The notes under the pieces were generated by a model, which saw nothing but the letters and a program-made list of their open reading frames with translations, was not told where the DNA came from and did not search any database. A DNA stretch of 63,534 nt, counting the filler, from Octopus bimaculoides (Eukaryota), in the NCBI RefSeq assembly GCF_001194135.2. It is 8 parts of 8 records of this genome, joined end to end, with 100 filler letters (N's around TTAATTAATTAA, not from the genome) between each part and the next. Parts side by side here need not be neighbours in the genome. Positions count along the whole stretch, not along the records: positions 1 to 24,448 come from NC_068982.1; positions 24,549 to 39,920 come from NC_068984.1; 6 more parts are not named here. One strand, written 5' to 3'. Below are positions 12,401 through 25,862 of this stretch, piece after piece (position 1 is the first letter of the stretch; each line of letters opens with the position of its first letter). The position numbers were made by a program, and so were the translations under genes.

Positions 12401-14333
12401 TGGGGTGTATGTTTAGATAATAATAATAATATATANNNNNNNNNNNNNNNNNNNNNNNNNNNNNNNNNNNNNNNNNNNNNNNNNNNNNNNNNNNNNNNNN
12501 NNNNNNNNNNNNNNNNNNNNNNNNNNNNNNNNNNNNNNNNNNNNNNNNNNNNNNNNNNNNNNNNNNNNNNNNNNNNNNNNNNNNNNNNNNNNNNNNNNNN
12601 NNNNNNNNNNNNNNNNNNNNNNNNNNNNNNNNNNNNNNNNNNNNNNNNNNNNNNNNNNNNNNNNNNNNNNNNNNNNNNNNNNNNNNNNNNNNNNNNNNNN
12701 NNNNNNNNNNNNNNNNNNNNNNNNNNNNNNNNNNNNNNNNNNNNNNNNNNNNNNNNNNNNNNNNNNNNNNNNNNNNNNNNNNNNNNNNNNNNNNNNNNNN
12801 NNNNNNNNNNNNNNNNNNNNNNNNNNNNNNNNNNNNNNNNNNNNNNNNNNNNNNNNNNNNNNNNNNNNNNNNNNNNNNNNNNNNNNNNNNNNNNNNNNNN
12901 NNNNNNNNNNNNNNNNNNNNNNNNNNNNNNNNNNNNNNNNNNNNNNNNNNNNNNNNNNNNNNNNNNNNNNNNNNNNNNNNNNNNNNNNNNATATATAAGC
13001 GTATACAACTGTGTATAATTGGCTGACTATGATTGTCTTTTTTCCTATTCTGTTTTTGTATTTAAATACTCGAAATAATCAATAATTTTTTCTACAAATA
13101 TATCGGTGAAGTTCTTGACTTTGCTGGATGATTCATTTTTTTTTTTTAAATTTTACTTATTTTTCGGCTTTCCACCTGAAAATTATCAACCACTCTAAAG
13201 AAAGTCTATGCTTGGTCGTTTAATATACAACCGCAGTCTAACGTCTTTAAAGAACAGATTTATTACATAATATAATCCGCTAACAATATACCTACCTGCT
13301 ATAAAGTCATGTGCAGTGTGGTTGAAATTACTACGAACATAGGCGAGGGATTCTGCTACATTAAATATTTCTCTGCGTTTACCAAACGATGCCTTACAGC
13401 AGTTAAATGTAAGCTGTCGCTTCTGTTGTTGTTTGAATACCGATAGATATCTATCGTGAGGCCGCCTAATGGCAATTCTGAATTTTTACTTTAGATTTTG
13501 CTTATCATGTGCAATATTTTCTAAAACGTATTTTAGTACGTGAATAGACATTGCTGTGTAGAACAAATTAAATTTTGAAGTATTTTCCAGTATCATAGAA
13601 CAAACAGAGACTTACATGATATACAAAAAGGTGAAGAATTATGGGAATATTTACTCCATAACATTATTTGTCTGGAGAAGTTCATTTCGCAATTATTTTG
13701 TTCTGCCCATTACATGGAACTACCGGTAGGTGTCTTGTAACATAGTCTGACCAATTGATTGTGATTGAGTTTTCTAGAGAGGGAATGCGTCGAAGCCACT
13801 CGTATATCTATAGGTATATGTGCATGTGTATTTGTGTGTGTGTGTGTATGTGTGTGTGTGTGTGTGTGTGCATGTGTGTGTGTCTGTGTGTATGTGTGTG
13901 TGCATGTGTGTGTGTTGTGCTGTGTTTTTTAGCGTGATGTGCACGCTCCTGTGTGTGCCGGTCTGCCTTTTCTCCACACCATTTTAAATCCACGTTGTTT
14001 CGTCTTCCCCCGTTTTTAGCAGTTCATCAGTATGTGTATTCGTGTGTGTGTGTGTGTGTGTCCGTGCGTGCGTAAAAGTGTGTGTGAACGTGTATGTCTG
14101 TATAGAAACTGTACAAGATTTAAGTGAAGTTACTTAAGTGCGTGTACATATGAGAAAGAGAGAGAGAGAAAGAGAAAGAGTGAAAGAAAGAGAGAGAAAA
14201 AGAGAGAGAGAAATGGAGAGATAAAGAGAAAGAAAGAGAGAGCGTGAGAAACAGAGAGAGAAAAAGAGAGAGAGTAGAGAACTTGAAATCATCCTCGAGC
14301 GGTGATATGCCGCTCTTGTCTCTTTCAATAGGA

Positions 14334-14363
14334 TTAGAGTTAGGGTCAGGGTTAGAGTTAGGA
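14334..14363 (+). repeat. Degenerate TTAGGG-like hexamer run
   Basis: ttagag ttaggg tcaggg ttagag ttagga. Confidence 0.6.
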
Positions 14364-14625
14364 TACTCATATGAAAACATCATCATCGCATCTACTCTTA
14401 TTCATGAACAAATCTCAATTAGACGCCTTAAAATTGCTCTAGTTCTGAGTCTCACTATCACCGATAATCTTTATATATCTAGGATAATCTCCTAACGACT
14501 ACTAATTGTCACAATAGACTATCAATATTTGTTAGGGACAGAAGGTACTTTGGCCACAACAGATATTGATATTCTACAAAACTCAGGTGAGGCTAACGAT
14601 AGTGTGCCGCTCTTACATTTGGGAT

Positions 14626-14627
<2 letters not shown>

Positions 14628-14672
<45 letters not shown>

Positions 14673-14675
14673 AGC
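14628..14675. repeat. (CTG/CAG)n trinucleotide repeat
   Basis: Direct run of about 14 units. Confidence 0.95.
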
Positions 14676-15004
14676 AAACGAATATCATAGACTGCATCCA
14701 GCAAAGAGCCACCAATCTTCTGCCAATATGAAGTTACACGTGTGCTGTAGCTTCTTTCTTACGGGTTTGCTACCGTCTATCTTTGCCTTCTCTTCCACTG
14801 TTATAATGTCTTCCGCTATTCAGAATTTGCTTGGGTTCATATCACTTCCTCTCAGTCACTCCTGGGTGAAGGATTCGACTTACAAAAGTTCAAAACAAGC
14901 AAAATCTGTTCAAACTCACCAACCTAGCAGAACCTGTGAAACCAATGGAATCATATAAAAGAGGAATGTTCAGGAAAATATATATTTTTAATACTTCATC
15001 TTTT

Positions 15005-15110
15005 GCCTTTTATCTTTTATTTGTCTCAGTCATGAGACTGCAGCCATGCTGAGGCACTGCCTAGAAGAACTTTTAGTGGAGTGAATCGATCCCAGTACTT
15101 CTTAAAATTT
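15005..15110 (-). mobile_element. 3' tail of the family A/D SINE
   Basis: 'tcagtcatgagactgcagccatgctgaggcactgcc' matches 62591-62628. Confidence 0.65.
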
Positions 15111-15999
15111 TTTTTTATTTTCATGATGTACTCACAATATGGAAGTTTTGTATCTTAAAAGCAAAGTTTTTTCAGTAATCTAAAAATTATATTGGAATCA
15201 CTTCTTTTTATTTAAGTCAATTAGATAGTTAATACTTTCCTATTGCAATACATTGGGAGTATTACTTTCTTTTGTATTTGCCATAGGCTTTTTTAATGTA
15301 CAATCTGTAATGTTTTTTCTTCAGTTTCATATCATCCACCCAGGTTTGACATTCCTTAGTTAGTAATCAAATATACCTTTAGACTATAATGAGATAATTA
15401 TCGTTTGAACAATTGCTGGCATTTTTACACGTTTCGTCTACCAGAAATGATAATGTACCGATAAAGTATTTAGATGTTCCAGTAGCTTCTTGAAAAAATT
15501 CCGCCTTTATCTACAACGAAGGAATAGTCTGAATACGAATGTTTGAGTAGTTACAGACTTATATACTCCAATAGATAGCTATTGGAGCCGTCAGAGGAGT
15601 TACTGTATGGTCTTTCGTCCTGCTAGAAATCGCTGCAGAATCACGCTCACTATGTCTTAAGAAAGAAAAAAGCATTAAAGGAGATCTTACACATTAGTAC
15701 AAAGATTGATCTGAATGAATCAAGATGACTCTGAATAGATCTAAACAACAATAACAACAAGACCATCCCGATTCATTTAGGTTAAATTATATTAAAAAAA
15801 TCGATTGGACAATTGGAATTAAAAAAGCAATATTCCCCGAATTGCAAAACTGCATATATCAAGAACAATAGATTTACGGTAAGTAGTGTCACTCACCAAG
15901 TACCATAGAACTCATTGAACAATGCTAACATGTAAGCTAAGCAACAAACACCAAAAATGTGTCCCTTCGATTCCCTCGACTTGTTAGATATGGTGATCC

Positions 16000-16130
16000 T
16001 AGACGGTTGATCCGTTATAAGCAGCGACCAAATCTTTCTAAAATCGCATTCTAGGATATTGTTATCTTAAAGACATTGTATCTGAAAACAGTAGACGGGA
16101 TGGTCACGACTGAAACCACTTTTGACCATA
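16000..16130 (+). repeat. Family E repeat copy
   Basis: Contains 'agacgggatggtcacgactg', shared with the ~2112 and ~54397 copies. Confidence 0.5.
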
Positions 16131-16872
16131 TATCTTCTTGATGAGATCGGGCCTGTTACTAAATAAATACAAAAACGTATTTAGCATTTGCAAATGGCAT
16201 GAATGTAATGACATGCCATTTAGCCTGCGAGAAATATCTCTCTGACAGGTGTACTGACCATATCTTCCCAAAATCATTAACTTGTTTCTAACAAACCTGA
16301 AGTAAACCTCTTCATTCCTACTACCAGCAAGAATATGATTATTGTAATTTGATTTTAAATGTATTAGACCTCGGTTGTAGTGTGAGTATTCGGTCAACTT
16401 TAGCCACCCAGACCGTTCCTGAACACTGAAGGCAGAATAGCACTAAAGTAATAAACCAAAGACGAAATCAGTGAATTGCAATTGTCAGCAGTTAATTTAG
16501 AGTGTACTGAATCACGTACGTATTTTCCACAGAGGATCATTCTTAGACCCCACTCATAAAATCTAAAGGTAGTATAGTACTATATTATTATACTATATAG
16601 TACTATATTGGATTAAAGGCCGTATAGTTGTATAGTAGCTTTAAAGAATTTAACGTGAGGCCTTTCATAATAAGATATCAATAGCACAAGCTAATCTTAC
16701 AAGATTGAATACAGCACTGTTTGTAGCGTTTGTGTACTTAGAAATATGCGAAAATATTTACTCCACTGCCTCTCTACTTTATGAATTCTAGTAAGTCTGT
16801 TTTCTGTTAACATCAGAAGTAGAGGTAGTGGTACTAGTAACAGACATATCTGCAGCGACATTACAACACACA

Positions 16873-16929
<57 letters not shown>

Positions 16930-17029
16930 TGGGCAAGATTAATTGGGGCAAGTTTAATTGACAAGTATAATTGATCGAAATAGAAAAGAAATTAAAAAGC
17001 AGAATAGAGGGCTATAGCCACTATCCGAT

Positions 17030-17335
17030 TAAAGCTGTGTGAGTGAATTTGGTTCATGGAAACTAAAGAAAACCGTCGAAAGTATTTTTTGTATGTATAT
17101 ATCTATGTGTGCGTGTCAATAGGTATATGATTGTCTCACCACCGCGGCATGACATCCGGTGTTAGTATATTTACGTCCTCGGAACTTAATAGTTCGGCAA
17201 AAAGAACAATATCATTAAGTACCAGGCTTTAAAAGAAAACACCGAGTCGATTCGTTCGCCTACAATCCTTAAATTTCTTCATGGCGATGCCCAAGGATGG
17301 TCGCAGTCTAGTGACTGGAACAAGTAAAACATAAT
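17030..17335 (+). mobile_element. Family A/D SINE, degenerate, 5'-truncated
   Basis: 'gtgagtgaatttggttcatggaaactaaagaaaaccgtcg...ggatggtcgcagtctagtgactggaacaagtaaaa' is reverse complementary to the 62571-62970 copy. Confidence 0.7.
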
Positions 17336-17344
17336 AGATATATA

Positions 17345-17530
17345 TCTTTTATCTTTCATCTCCTACTTGTTACAGTCATTTGACCGCCACCATGCTGGAG
17401 TATCACCTTGGATAGTTTTAGAAGAACAAATCGAGCCAATGATTTGTTTTTAAGTCTAGTACTTATTCTGTCGGTCTCTTACGGGGACGTGTCACGTGGT
17501 AGTGGGAAACAAACACACACACAAACACAC
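17345..17530 (-). mobile_element. Family A/D SINE 3' half, tail-to-tail with the previous copy
   Basis: 'cttgttacagtcatttgaccgccaccatgctggagtatcacc...tagtacttattctgtcggtctcttacggggacgt'. Confidence 0.75.
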
Positions 17531-17639
17531 TCACGGTTGGAAAGGTGATCTAGAGTGAAGTAAAAATTGTGTTTAATTTAGACATAAGGTCAACAGTTTC
17601 AAGGAGAATAGATTAGTCGTTTCCAACAACTCAAGGAAT

Positions 17640-17760
17640 TATATACGTACTTATTTAATAAACCTCTAAGGGATGAAAGATAAGATTGACTTCGGCAAGA
17701 TTTGAACTCAGAATGTAAAGAGCTTGAATGGATAGTGTTCGGAATAGATATTGTGTTCGA
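17640..17760 (-). mobile_element. Degenerate family B SINE
   Basis: 'gtacttatttaataaacc...gggatgaaagataagattgacttcggcaagatttgaactcagaatgtaaag' resembles 59535-59610. Confidence 0.6.
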
Positions 17761-19367
17761 TGATCTCACCTTATGAGTGATCCAACGTTGTAACGAAACG
17801 AGGTAGTACCTATCGTCGACAAACAGAAACATCAGAAATGCAAACGTAATAAGCTACGATTTCTAGTGTATAGGGTAACACCAGAATACGAGGAAACTGA
17901 GTGTTTAACAGACATGTGCATCGTTAACACGGTTTTTAAACCGACTCAGTGTGAAACAGTATTACACAGTTAGACGTTTGAATTGAAGCGGGGTCCCATA
18001 CGCTTTATGTCTACTTTGAGCAATAGCCACAAGCTTGAGTCGACCTGAACTTTGATAAAAGATACTTGTCAAAGATGCTGGGTTGTGAGATCGAATCCTA
18101 AGTCTAATGAAATGAAAGAAAAGTTTCTAATCACTTCACCATGCTTACCTCCTATAAGGATTATGAAAATACGAAAATAAGAAACTGCGTGGAGACATCT
18201 TATTGTCTGAACAGTTGTAGACTTAATCTGTAAAGAAATCTGTGATCAAATGTCATGTATAATATTTGACTTTCATAACATCTACATTTTATCGTTTCAT
18301 ATTGTCAACCTATACATGGTGTCGTGTGCCACCACGAAAGAAAAGGATTATTACAGATATTCAAGGCGGTATTGACAGAACCGCTAGACTATCGAACAAG
18401 ATGTGTTGCAGTATTTGTTCCATTTTACGCAATGTGCTCAATTCCACCCGACGTCAACTTTGTCCACGATAAAGAATTGGTAGAAATGTTTCGGTAATGA
18501 ACAAGATGCGTTGGTGTATCTTCTGATTCTACGAGTTTTCATGGCAATTATTGCAATGGCATTGATGGCAAGTTGTTTCAGCCTTAGGCTATATTTCTGA
18601 TAATACCGGAGAACTTAGTTCATAGACAACCATTGCTAATTTAAGAAAAATAGAAAATATGCCGAGGCCTACGCCCTGAAGGGCATCTTCCTTGGTGTTA
18701 ATTTGCAGCCAACTCCTGAGGTCTTAGAGATATGTTTATCGAAAATGTAGACGATTTTAAAAAGATGCAAAAGTGTTAATTTAAATTCTTAAATCTATTC
18801 TAAATGCTAACACATTTTTATTTCTTTCTCTCAAAGAATATTTTCCTGAACAAGTGAAATGGATTAGAGATTAATGGAATGCCTACGGAGATCTTTCTTT
18901 TTAATTATTTTATTATAATATTGCTTTTCCGGCTCTAAATATATCTCTTAGATGTGTGCCTGTGTATGTATAAACACATGTAGGCATGTGTGTATGTAGC
19001 TGTGTGTATGTGGCTGTGTGCATATACTTGTGTGTGTATGAATGCGTGAGTGTGTGTGTGTGTGTGTGTGTATGTGTGTGTGTGTGTGTGTGTGTATGTG
19101 TGTGTGTGCGTGCGCGCGGTCACACGTGCGTGTGTGTCTTGATAGCATATAGTTCAAGATGGCAGATGTTGAAGGAAATTCAATTATCAATACAGGCGAA
19201 TCTGATTTACCAATACGAATTTTAGCTGATTGAGATTTTGATCAAATTTGGTAAAGTTCATCCACTGTATGCCATAAACTAAGAAGGTAATATTATACCA
19301 AGTCACTATAGTATATCACATGCATACACACTCACATTAATGTGCATGTATACACTCATACGCACTA

Positions 19368-19411
<44 letters not shown>

Positions 19412-19916
19412 TAACGTAAACAATGCGATAGATGATGGAAAACAGGTAATAGGTGTATATGCATTTGTTTGCTCGGACCACGCTTGTGGAAAGACTCTGA
19501 ATGAAGGTGTATAGCAGAATATTGCGAGTTGCATATATAACTACACATACTTCATGCAGCAGAAACACGTGTCGGTCATTTTAACTAATTAACTGATAAA
19601 TTAAAAGAAAAAGTTGAAGATATGGACTTTCACATATCTTTCACATAGCTGACGTGGATTCATAAGTTTGTGTATATCATAAGATGTTATGGATACGAGT
19701 GATACTCATGTATTTGTGTGATAGGAAGTTCAGCGTTAGTTTATGGGAGAATGTATTTCTTGTGCATAACGTGCAAACCATTTGCAAAATATGCATTATT
19801 CTGTAACATTATAATTGCTTTTATAATTTATTCCAGAACAATCCACGGAAATACTACTATCACCGATGTAGTATTTCCGTACTGAGTTCTATTTGTTTGC
19901 GTCAGCAAACCGATAG

Positions 19917-19968
19917 ATAGACAGAGAGACAGACAGTCTGACAGACAGACAGACAGACAGACAGACAA

Positions 19969-20054
<86 letters not shown>
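19917..20054. repeat. (AGAC)n(AGAT)n tetranucleotide array
   Basis: Direct run; abuts a family A SINE. Confidence 0.95.
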
Positions 20055-20055
<1 letters not shown>

Positions 20056-20216
20056 CGACAGGCTTCTTTCAGTTCCTGTGAACCAAATCTGCTCACAAGG
20101 CTTTGGTCTACCCGGGGCTATAGTAAAAGTTAATTGCCTGAGATGCCACGCAGTGAGACAAAACTGGGAATCATGGGTGTGAGAAGCAACGTTATTACCA
20201 CACAGCCACGCCTGCG
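20055..20216 (-). mobile_element. Family A SINE 5' part
   Basis: Homologous to the 6637 and 60636 copies; ends 'taccacacagccacgcctgcg' (reverse A-box). Confidence 0.8.
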
Positions 20217-23200
20217 AATATGGATGCGTTAAATTCAATGCAGCTGGAGTTGTTGTCTTTTTTTTATTTTGCCATAAATAGATTGATTTCTATAATAGCA
20301 ATGATAGGAATGTGGATGGAAGTTATTAATCGTAACAAATGATTTTGGTTAGATTTAACAAACCTAAATACGTCGAAAACTGGTGAGGAATAATTGTGTG
20401 GGTGGGTATTGTTTTCTTGGGGATTGTTGGGACTCAAATAGTAACTGTTGCGTATAGCTAGGCACTCACTTGAATTATAGAAAACAAAATAATTCTGATA
20501 AACATCCCAATGCAAGAGATAGGTTTTCATTGGCCTGAGTCAGTGACATAATAACGATTCTTTGAGAAAAGAATGTACATTACATTGTATCATTTACCAA
20601 ATATTGAGATTTTGGTTCGAATCAGAAAACAGAATAATTAACATTTCATCGTGTTAAGTGCTGCAGAGAAAATGACAGCTTTTTGTGTTTTAAAATGTAC
20701 TGCTTGATTCGTAATAAAAACAATATTTTCGTCCCGCTTAAGTTGCTGCTTATATCAATGAAGTAGCTGAGCGCGGAGTAAATTACTCTGTAGGTTGTAT
20801 CTTTATACCTCACCACAAAATTGATATATATTTCGGTGTATTTTCACTTTACTCCGACGAATGTAATTTTCTATAAATTCAAAATTCTTTGTAACTGAAA
20901 TCGGTCTCAGATGTCAAATCTAAGCAAATATTTTCATATTTAGCTGGAGGTAGCTGTATAAAACTCACTGCAGAGTTAGAACTATGAATATATTTTGGTG
21001 TAGAATATGAAAGGATCAAATACTGATATCTACTAATTATCAGTTTCTTATCAAGAGATCTGTAAGTACTTAAGACAACTAGATTCAAAATACTGTATAC
21101 ATTTTTCTAAAATCATATAAGCTTTATTATTAAGAATGTGTATAGTAGGAAACTTCATTTTATATTGATTCAGTAGATTTTATCCTCAATAAGTACACTA
21201 TTATCTGCATGATTTCATGTTCAGTAAGGCGGCAATAAAAATTACATTAGTATATATAGCTGACATTAGGCTAATAATACAACTGACATTAAGCTGTATT
21301 GTAGTCACAAAGTGCAACAGTAGAATTCGAGGAAATTAGTGATGGCCTGCACTCACAAGAAGTAAATGGCTCCGCAACTGCATAGTTTTGAATTCGATTC
21401 CATTGACCTACATTTTGATCATATGACTTCTAACATCAAGCTGACCTAATGTTATAATGGGAGAGAAATTTGATGAGCAGAAACTGTAGAAGTAAAAATA
21501 AATAAATAAATAAAATAAAATAATATAAAACAAAGAAAGAAATGCTGTCAGAACCATTCTTCCTCATCTGTGATAAACTTAATCCGTCGCCTTGCTTCCC
21601 ATTCTAACTGACCTTAAAATGCCTTTCGCCAAGTCCCTTTCTGGATACATGCAGACAGTATTATGAGGATAGCTTCCTTCAGATACTTAGTCTCGTATAC
21701 CCTAAAAAGAGAGCATCACCACTTCCTTCAGCCTTAAAAGAAAACCATTAACAAAATATATAGAATACAAAAGTTTGCAAAATAAAATAAAATCACTCCG
21801 GTATCCGAAAAAGGTGAATTATAACGGTTCAGGTAAGATCTTTGTTGAGATCCTCTCTGAACTGTTAGAATTTTCTCTTCCACATGGCAACGTGTTCTTA
21901 TACAACTTAACGTACCTTTCATATGTCGTAGCTATGACTACCCAATATTATATCTAAAGAGATACCAGAAATACCCGAAATATTGTACTTTCATATCAGT
22001 TTTGGAACTATATGAAACTATGTAGCAAGAGAGAGAGAGCCAACGCCGGAGCACATCTGTAGAAATAGCAACCAAATATCCCTCAAATGTTTTGTGTGAT
22101 GGTTTAAACATAGTGGAGAAGATTCAATAATATAGTCATACACAATCTTTTCAACGGATGATCGCAACTTAATGACATTTTATGATACGTTAGTTCAATC
22201 TAGGTTAATTAGGACAAAACATCAACAATAACACAGCACATCTTCACGAAATTTTTCTAGAACATATATTTTATGCTTTAGTAACTACACATAGTGTCGA
22301 TGACACTTTAAAAAAAAATTCTGTAAAAGGAATGGTTTGCATTTCTCTAAGAAATACTTTCAGAGAAATGTAGTTATACTCAGCACAACACTTCGTTTCT
22401 CATAAATATCTGAGATGAGAAATTGGTGAGATGTAAATGTAACATATAACCACTGTATAGATACCTTCATCTCCCTACATTTCGAAATATTTCGTAGCCA
22501 TCATATAGTCTTTTAATTCTGTTAATGTCGTTGACATCAGCTTCTATTTAACCTTTGAATAGCTCTCTATGTGTGGAGGTTTTATTCATAATGTGTTATT
22601 TTTTCTGTGAATTTACAAATCTCAGTTCAATTTACGAGCAATCTATATTAAGTATATATAGTTAATTCAGTATTCATAAACATATACGCACTCATACAGA
22701 CGTCTATTATACGCACATATATATCTCTATCTATGTATATGTATGCTCTCAAACACATCAACACAACTACATACCATACGTATACGCATACACAAAGATA
22801 TATATATATATANNNNNNNNNNNNNNNNNNNNNNNNNNNNNNNNNNNNNNNNNNNNNNNNNNNNNNNNNNNNNNNNNNNNNNNNNNNNNNNNNNNNNNNN
22901 NNNNNNNNNNNNNATATATTTATATATTATTTATTCACAGGTACAGACATGAAAATGCATATGTCGATATATGCTTGATGTGTGATGTATGCGTATGTGA
23001 GTGGAATGATTCAGTCTCTATGCTTAATGTAGGTAAAGTGCATTCTTACATTCATGAATAAATGTATATTTACATATTTCTTTTAGTTCTGACCTTATTC
23101 CCAAGTGCTTCTAAGCGATTCTCTTTCCACGTGATACATTTTACTATCGTGATATGATTCCGAGGTGAATAGGAACATATCTAAAATTAATAGCAGCGTG

Positions 23201-23680
23201 GACACGAAAACAAATAGAACACAAAAATCTAACGTGTTCTAATATAATTTAGTAACGTTAATGTGACTTTTAAGAGAATTCTGTTAGATTTTATGGTGTT
23301 AAGCAAAAGGATAGAATCTCAATGATATATCACTGTTTTGCCACTTTATTTCAAAAACATATTAATTCGTCAACATTCCACATCTCTAAGCTAGATCTGC
23401 CTTTTCATAATATTGTTAGCCATTTATATATCGTCTTTGTTATTTTGTTGTTGATTTTCCGTGTGCTCTACAAAGTCAGTCGGTTCTAACAGTAGCAAAA
23501 ATTCATTGATACATGTGTAAAAATCTACAGATCTTTATATCGATATTAAATTATATTTTATGGAAGACATGTATGTAATTCACAAAATATAAACAAATTA
23601 ATATTACTCTTTAATAGGCTACAGCGGATAAGTAGACATTATACCAATCTCCACACAGGCATATGCACATATCATCACTG

Positions 23681-23696
23681 TCCTCCTCCTCCCCCT

Positions 23697-23727
<31 letters not shown>

Positions 23728-23739
23728 ATCATCATCATT

Positions 23740-23795
<56 letters not shown>
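23681..23795. repeat. (CCT)n(CAT)n compound microsatellite
   Basis: Direct run. Confidence 0.95.
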
Positions 23796-24066
23796 TGCTA
23801 ATATATTTGTAGAGTGAATATGTCTTTTCCCTTCTCTGTTTGAGACACGATCATTTCAAAAATTATCAAATGAATTTTTTATTGTAAAAAAAGAGCTGCA
23901 ACTGTATAAGGAAGGATTGCCGTCCATAGATGGGTATAGAAAACACAAAAGAAGTGTCTTTTTTCACAAACGTTTAAAATTTTATTTACACTCCCTACGA
24001 TTTCACTTCCAAAATGGCTGTCAAACATAATCATATTACACTAGAAACAAACACAACAAAACAACA

Positions 24067-24137
24067 CGGCATATGGCGTAGTGGTTAAGAGCGAGGGCTA
24101 CTAATCCCAAGATTCTGAGTTCGATTCCAGGCAGCGA

Positions 24138-24194
<57 letters not shown>

Positions 24195-24200
24195 TGATGA
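24067..24200 (+). mobile_element. Family G SINE head plus (AAT)n
   Basis: Near-identical to 10011-10140; A-box TGGCGTAGTGG, B-box GAGTTCGATTCC. Confidence 0.85.
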
Positions 24201-24448
24201 TGATAATAACAACTGAAGAGGTCACCCAGACACTGCAACGACTAAGCAACTGGAAGGCACCTGGGCACTACAACATCCCCAACTTCTGGTTAAAACACCT
24301 GACAGGAATGCATAAAACGCTGGCAGAAAACTTTAACAACATACTAGCAGAGCTAGAGACAATGCCTGAATGGCTCACGAAAGGGAAAACCATCTTAATT
24401 CCCAAATCCACGGAAACGGAGAAACCACAAAACTATAGACCTATAACC
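24201..24448 (+). mobile_element. R4/Dong-like reverse transcriptase N-terminal fragment
   Basis: ITTEEVTQTLQRLSNWKAPG...NFWLKHL...PEWLTKGKTILIPKS...PQNYRPIT (KAPG and YRPI motifs); open frame up to the gap. Confidence 0.85.
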
Positions 24449-24492
24449 NNNNNNNNNNNNNNNNNNNNNNNNNNNNNNNNNNNNNNNNNNNN

Positions 24493-24504
24493 TTAATTAA
24501 TTAA
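24493..24504. other. Assembly spacer TTAATTAATTAA inside a 100-bp gap (also 39965, 41879, 44082, 51388, 56192, 60520)
   Basis: Seven identical 12-mers, each flanked by 44 N on both sides; stop codons in all six frames. Confidence 0.95.
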
Positions 24505-24548
24505 NNNNNNNNNNNNNNNNNNNNNNNNNNNNNNNNNNNNNNNNNNNN

Positions 24549-24608
<60 letters not shown>

Positions 24609-25157
24609 TTAATGTGTTTCGGCCAAAGATTGGCCCCAGGCCATGTCTGTCTTAATAGCATCACCTGATAAAGCACATATATAGCATGTATACAGGATCA
24701 ATAATCCCACTGGGCCGAAAAAGTGGCTCAACGGCCCAATTTTATGGTTCAACGCACTATACAGTTATATATTATATAAACACATGATTCTAAGTGCATG
24801 TACTACTAGTTCTTTACTGGGCATAAGTTATTCCTGTCGTACATATTCTGGAACAATGCCATAAGTTCCATCAATCTCCCACAATAATGTGTTTTATTGT
24901 ATTATATTTAGTTATATTATTTGGTGCTGAGGTTAGAATTTAACAGATATATTGTCTCAGCTTTAAATATCTCTCCACTTTAGACATTTGACCATATATA
25001 CATACTCACACACACATGCATTTACACATACACACATGCATACATATACATATAGTATGTATTTATTTATATGTATATGTGTGTATTTATATATGAGTAT
25101 GTATATGTATATATGTGTGCATATGCATATGTAAATGTGCATATATATATGTGTATA

Positions 25158-25201
<44 letters not shown>

Positions 25202-25822
25202 NNNNNNNNNNNNNNNNNNNNNNNNNNNNNNNNNNNNNNNNNNNNNNNNNNNNNNNNNNNNNNNNNNNNNNNNNNNNNNNNNNNNNNNNNNNNNNNNNNN
25301 NNNNNNNNNNNNNNNNNNNNNNNNNNNNNNNNNNNNNNNNNNNNNNNNNNNNNNNNNNNNNNNNNNNNNNNNNNNNNNNNNNNNNNNNNNNNNNNNNNNN
25401 NNNNNNNNNNNNNNNNNNNNNNNNNNNNNNNNNNNNNNNNNNNNNNNNNNNNNNNNNNNNNNNNNNNNNNNNNNNNNNNNNNNNNNNNNNNNNNNNNNNN
25501 NNNNNNNNNNNNNNNNNNNNNNNNNNNNNNNNNNNNNNNNNNNNNNNNNNNNNNNNNNNNNNNNNNNNNNNNNNNNNNNNNNNNNNNNNNNNNNNNNNNN
25601 NNNNNNNNNNNNNNNNNNNNNNNNNNNNNNNTGTGTAATCAGTTGCTATTTTTATGCTAAATTATCCAGAAAATTTGGAAACAATGTAAGTGCTAACGGT
25701 CTTAATGGTATTTTCTATTTTAAAATCAGTTTCTAGTAACAGGCTTAAATCATATCCTAGTGATAAAAGCCTAAGCTCACGCCCAGACGTTTAAAACATT
25801 TTATCTCTACTCTTTCCCTGTT

Positions 25823-25862
<40 letters not shown>

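Noticed and set aside
14522-14704. Poly-Q ORF as a host exon
   Set aside because: No convincing splice context or recognisable domain; the (CAG)n run may be the tail of a decayed retroelement.
15770-15960. Another R4-like 3' end
   Set aside because: Only a faint resemblance to the LQK..L.GTA.ILRKVL motif, with multiple frameshifts.
18279-18493. Plus-strand open frame (IFKAVLTEPLDYRTRC...) ending at CG|gtaatg
   Set aside because: The acceptor lacks a pyrimidine tract, two frames are open, there is no recognisable homology, and the strand is opposite to the better candidates; it cannot be supported without RNA data.
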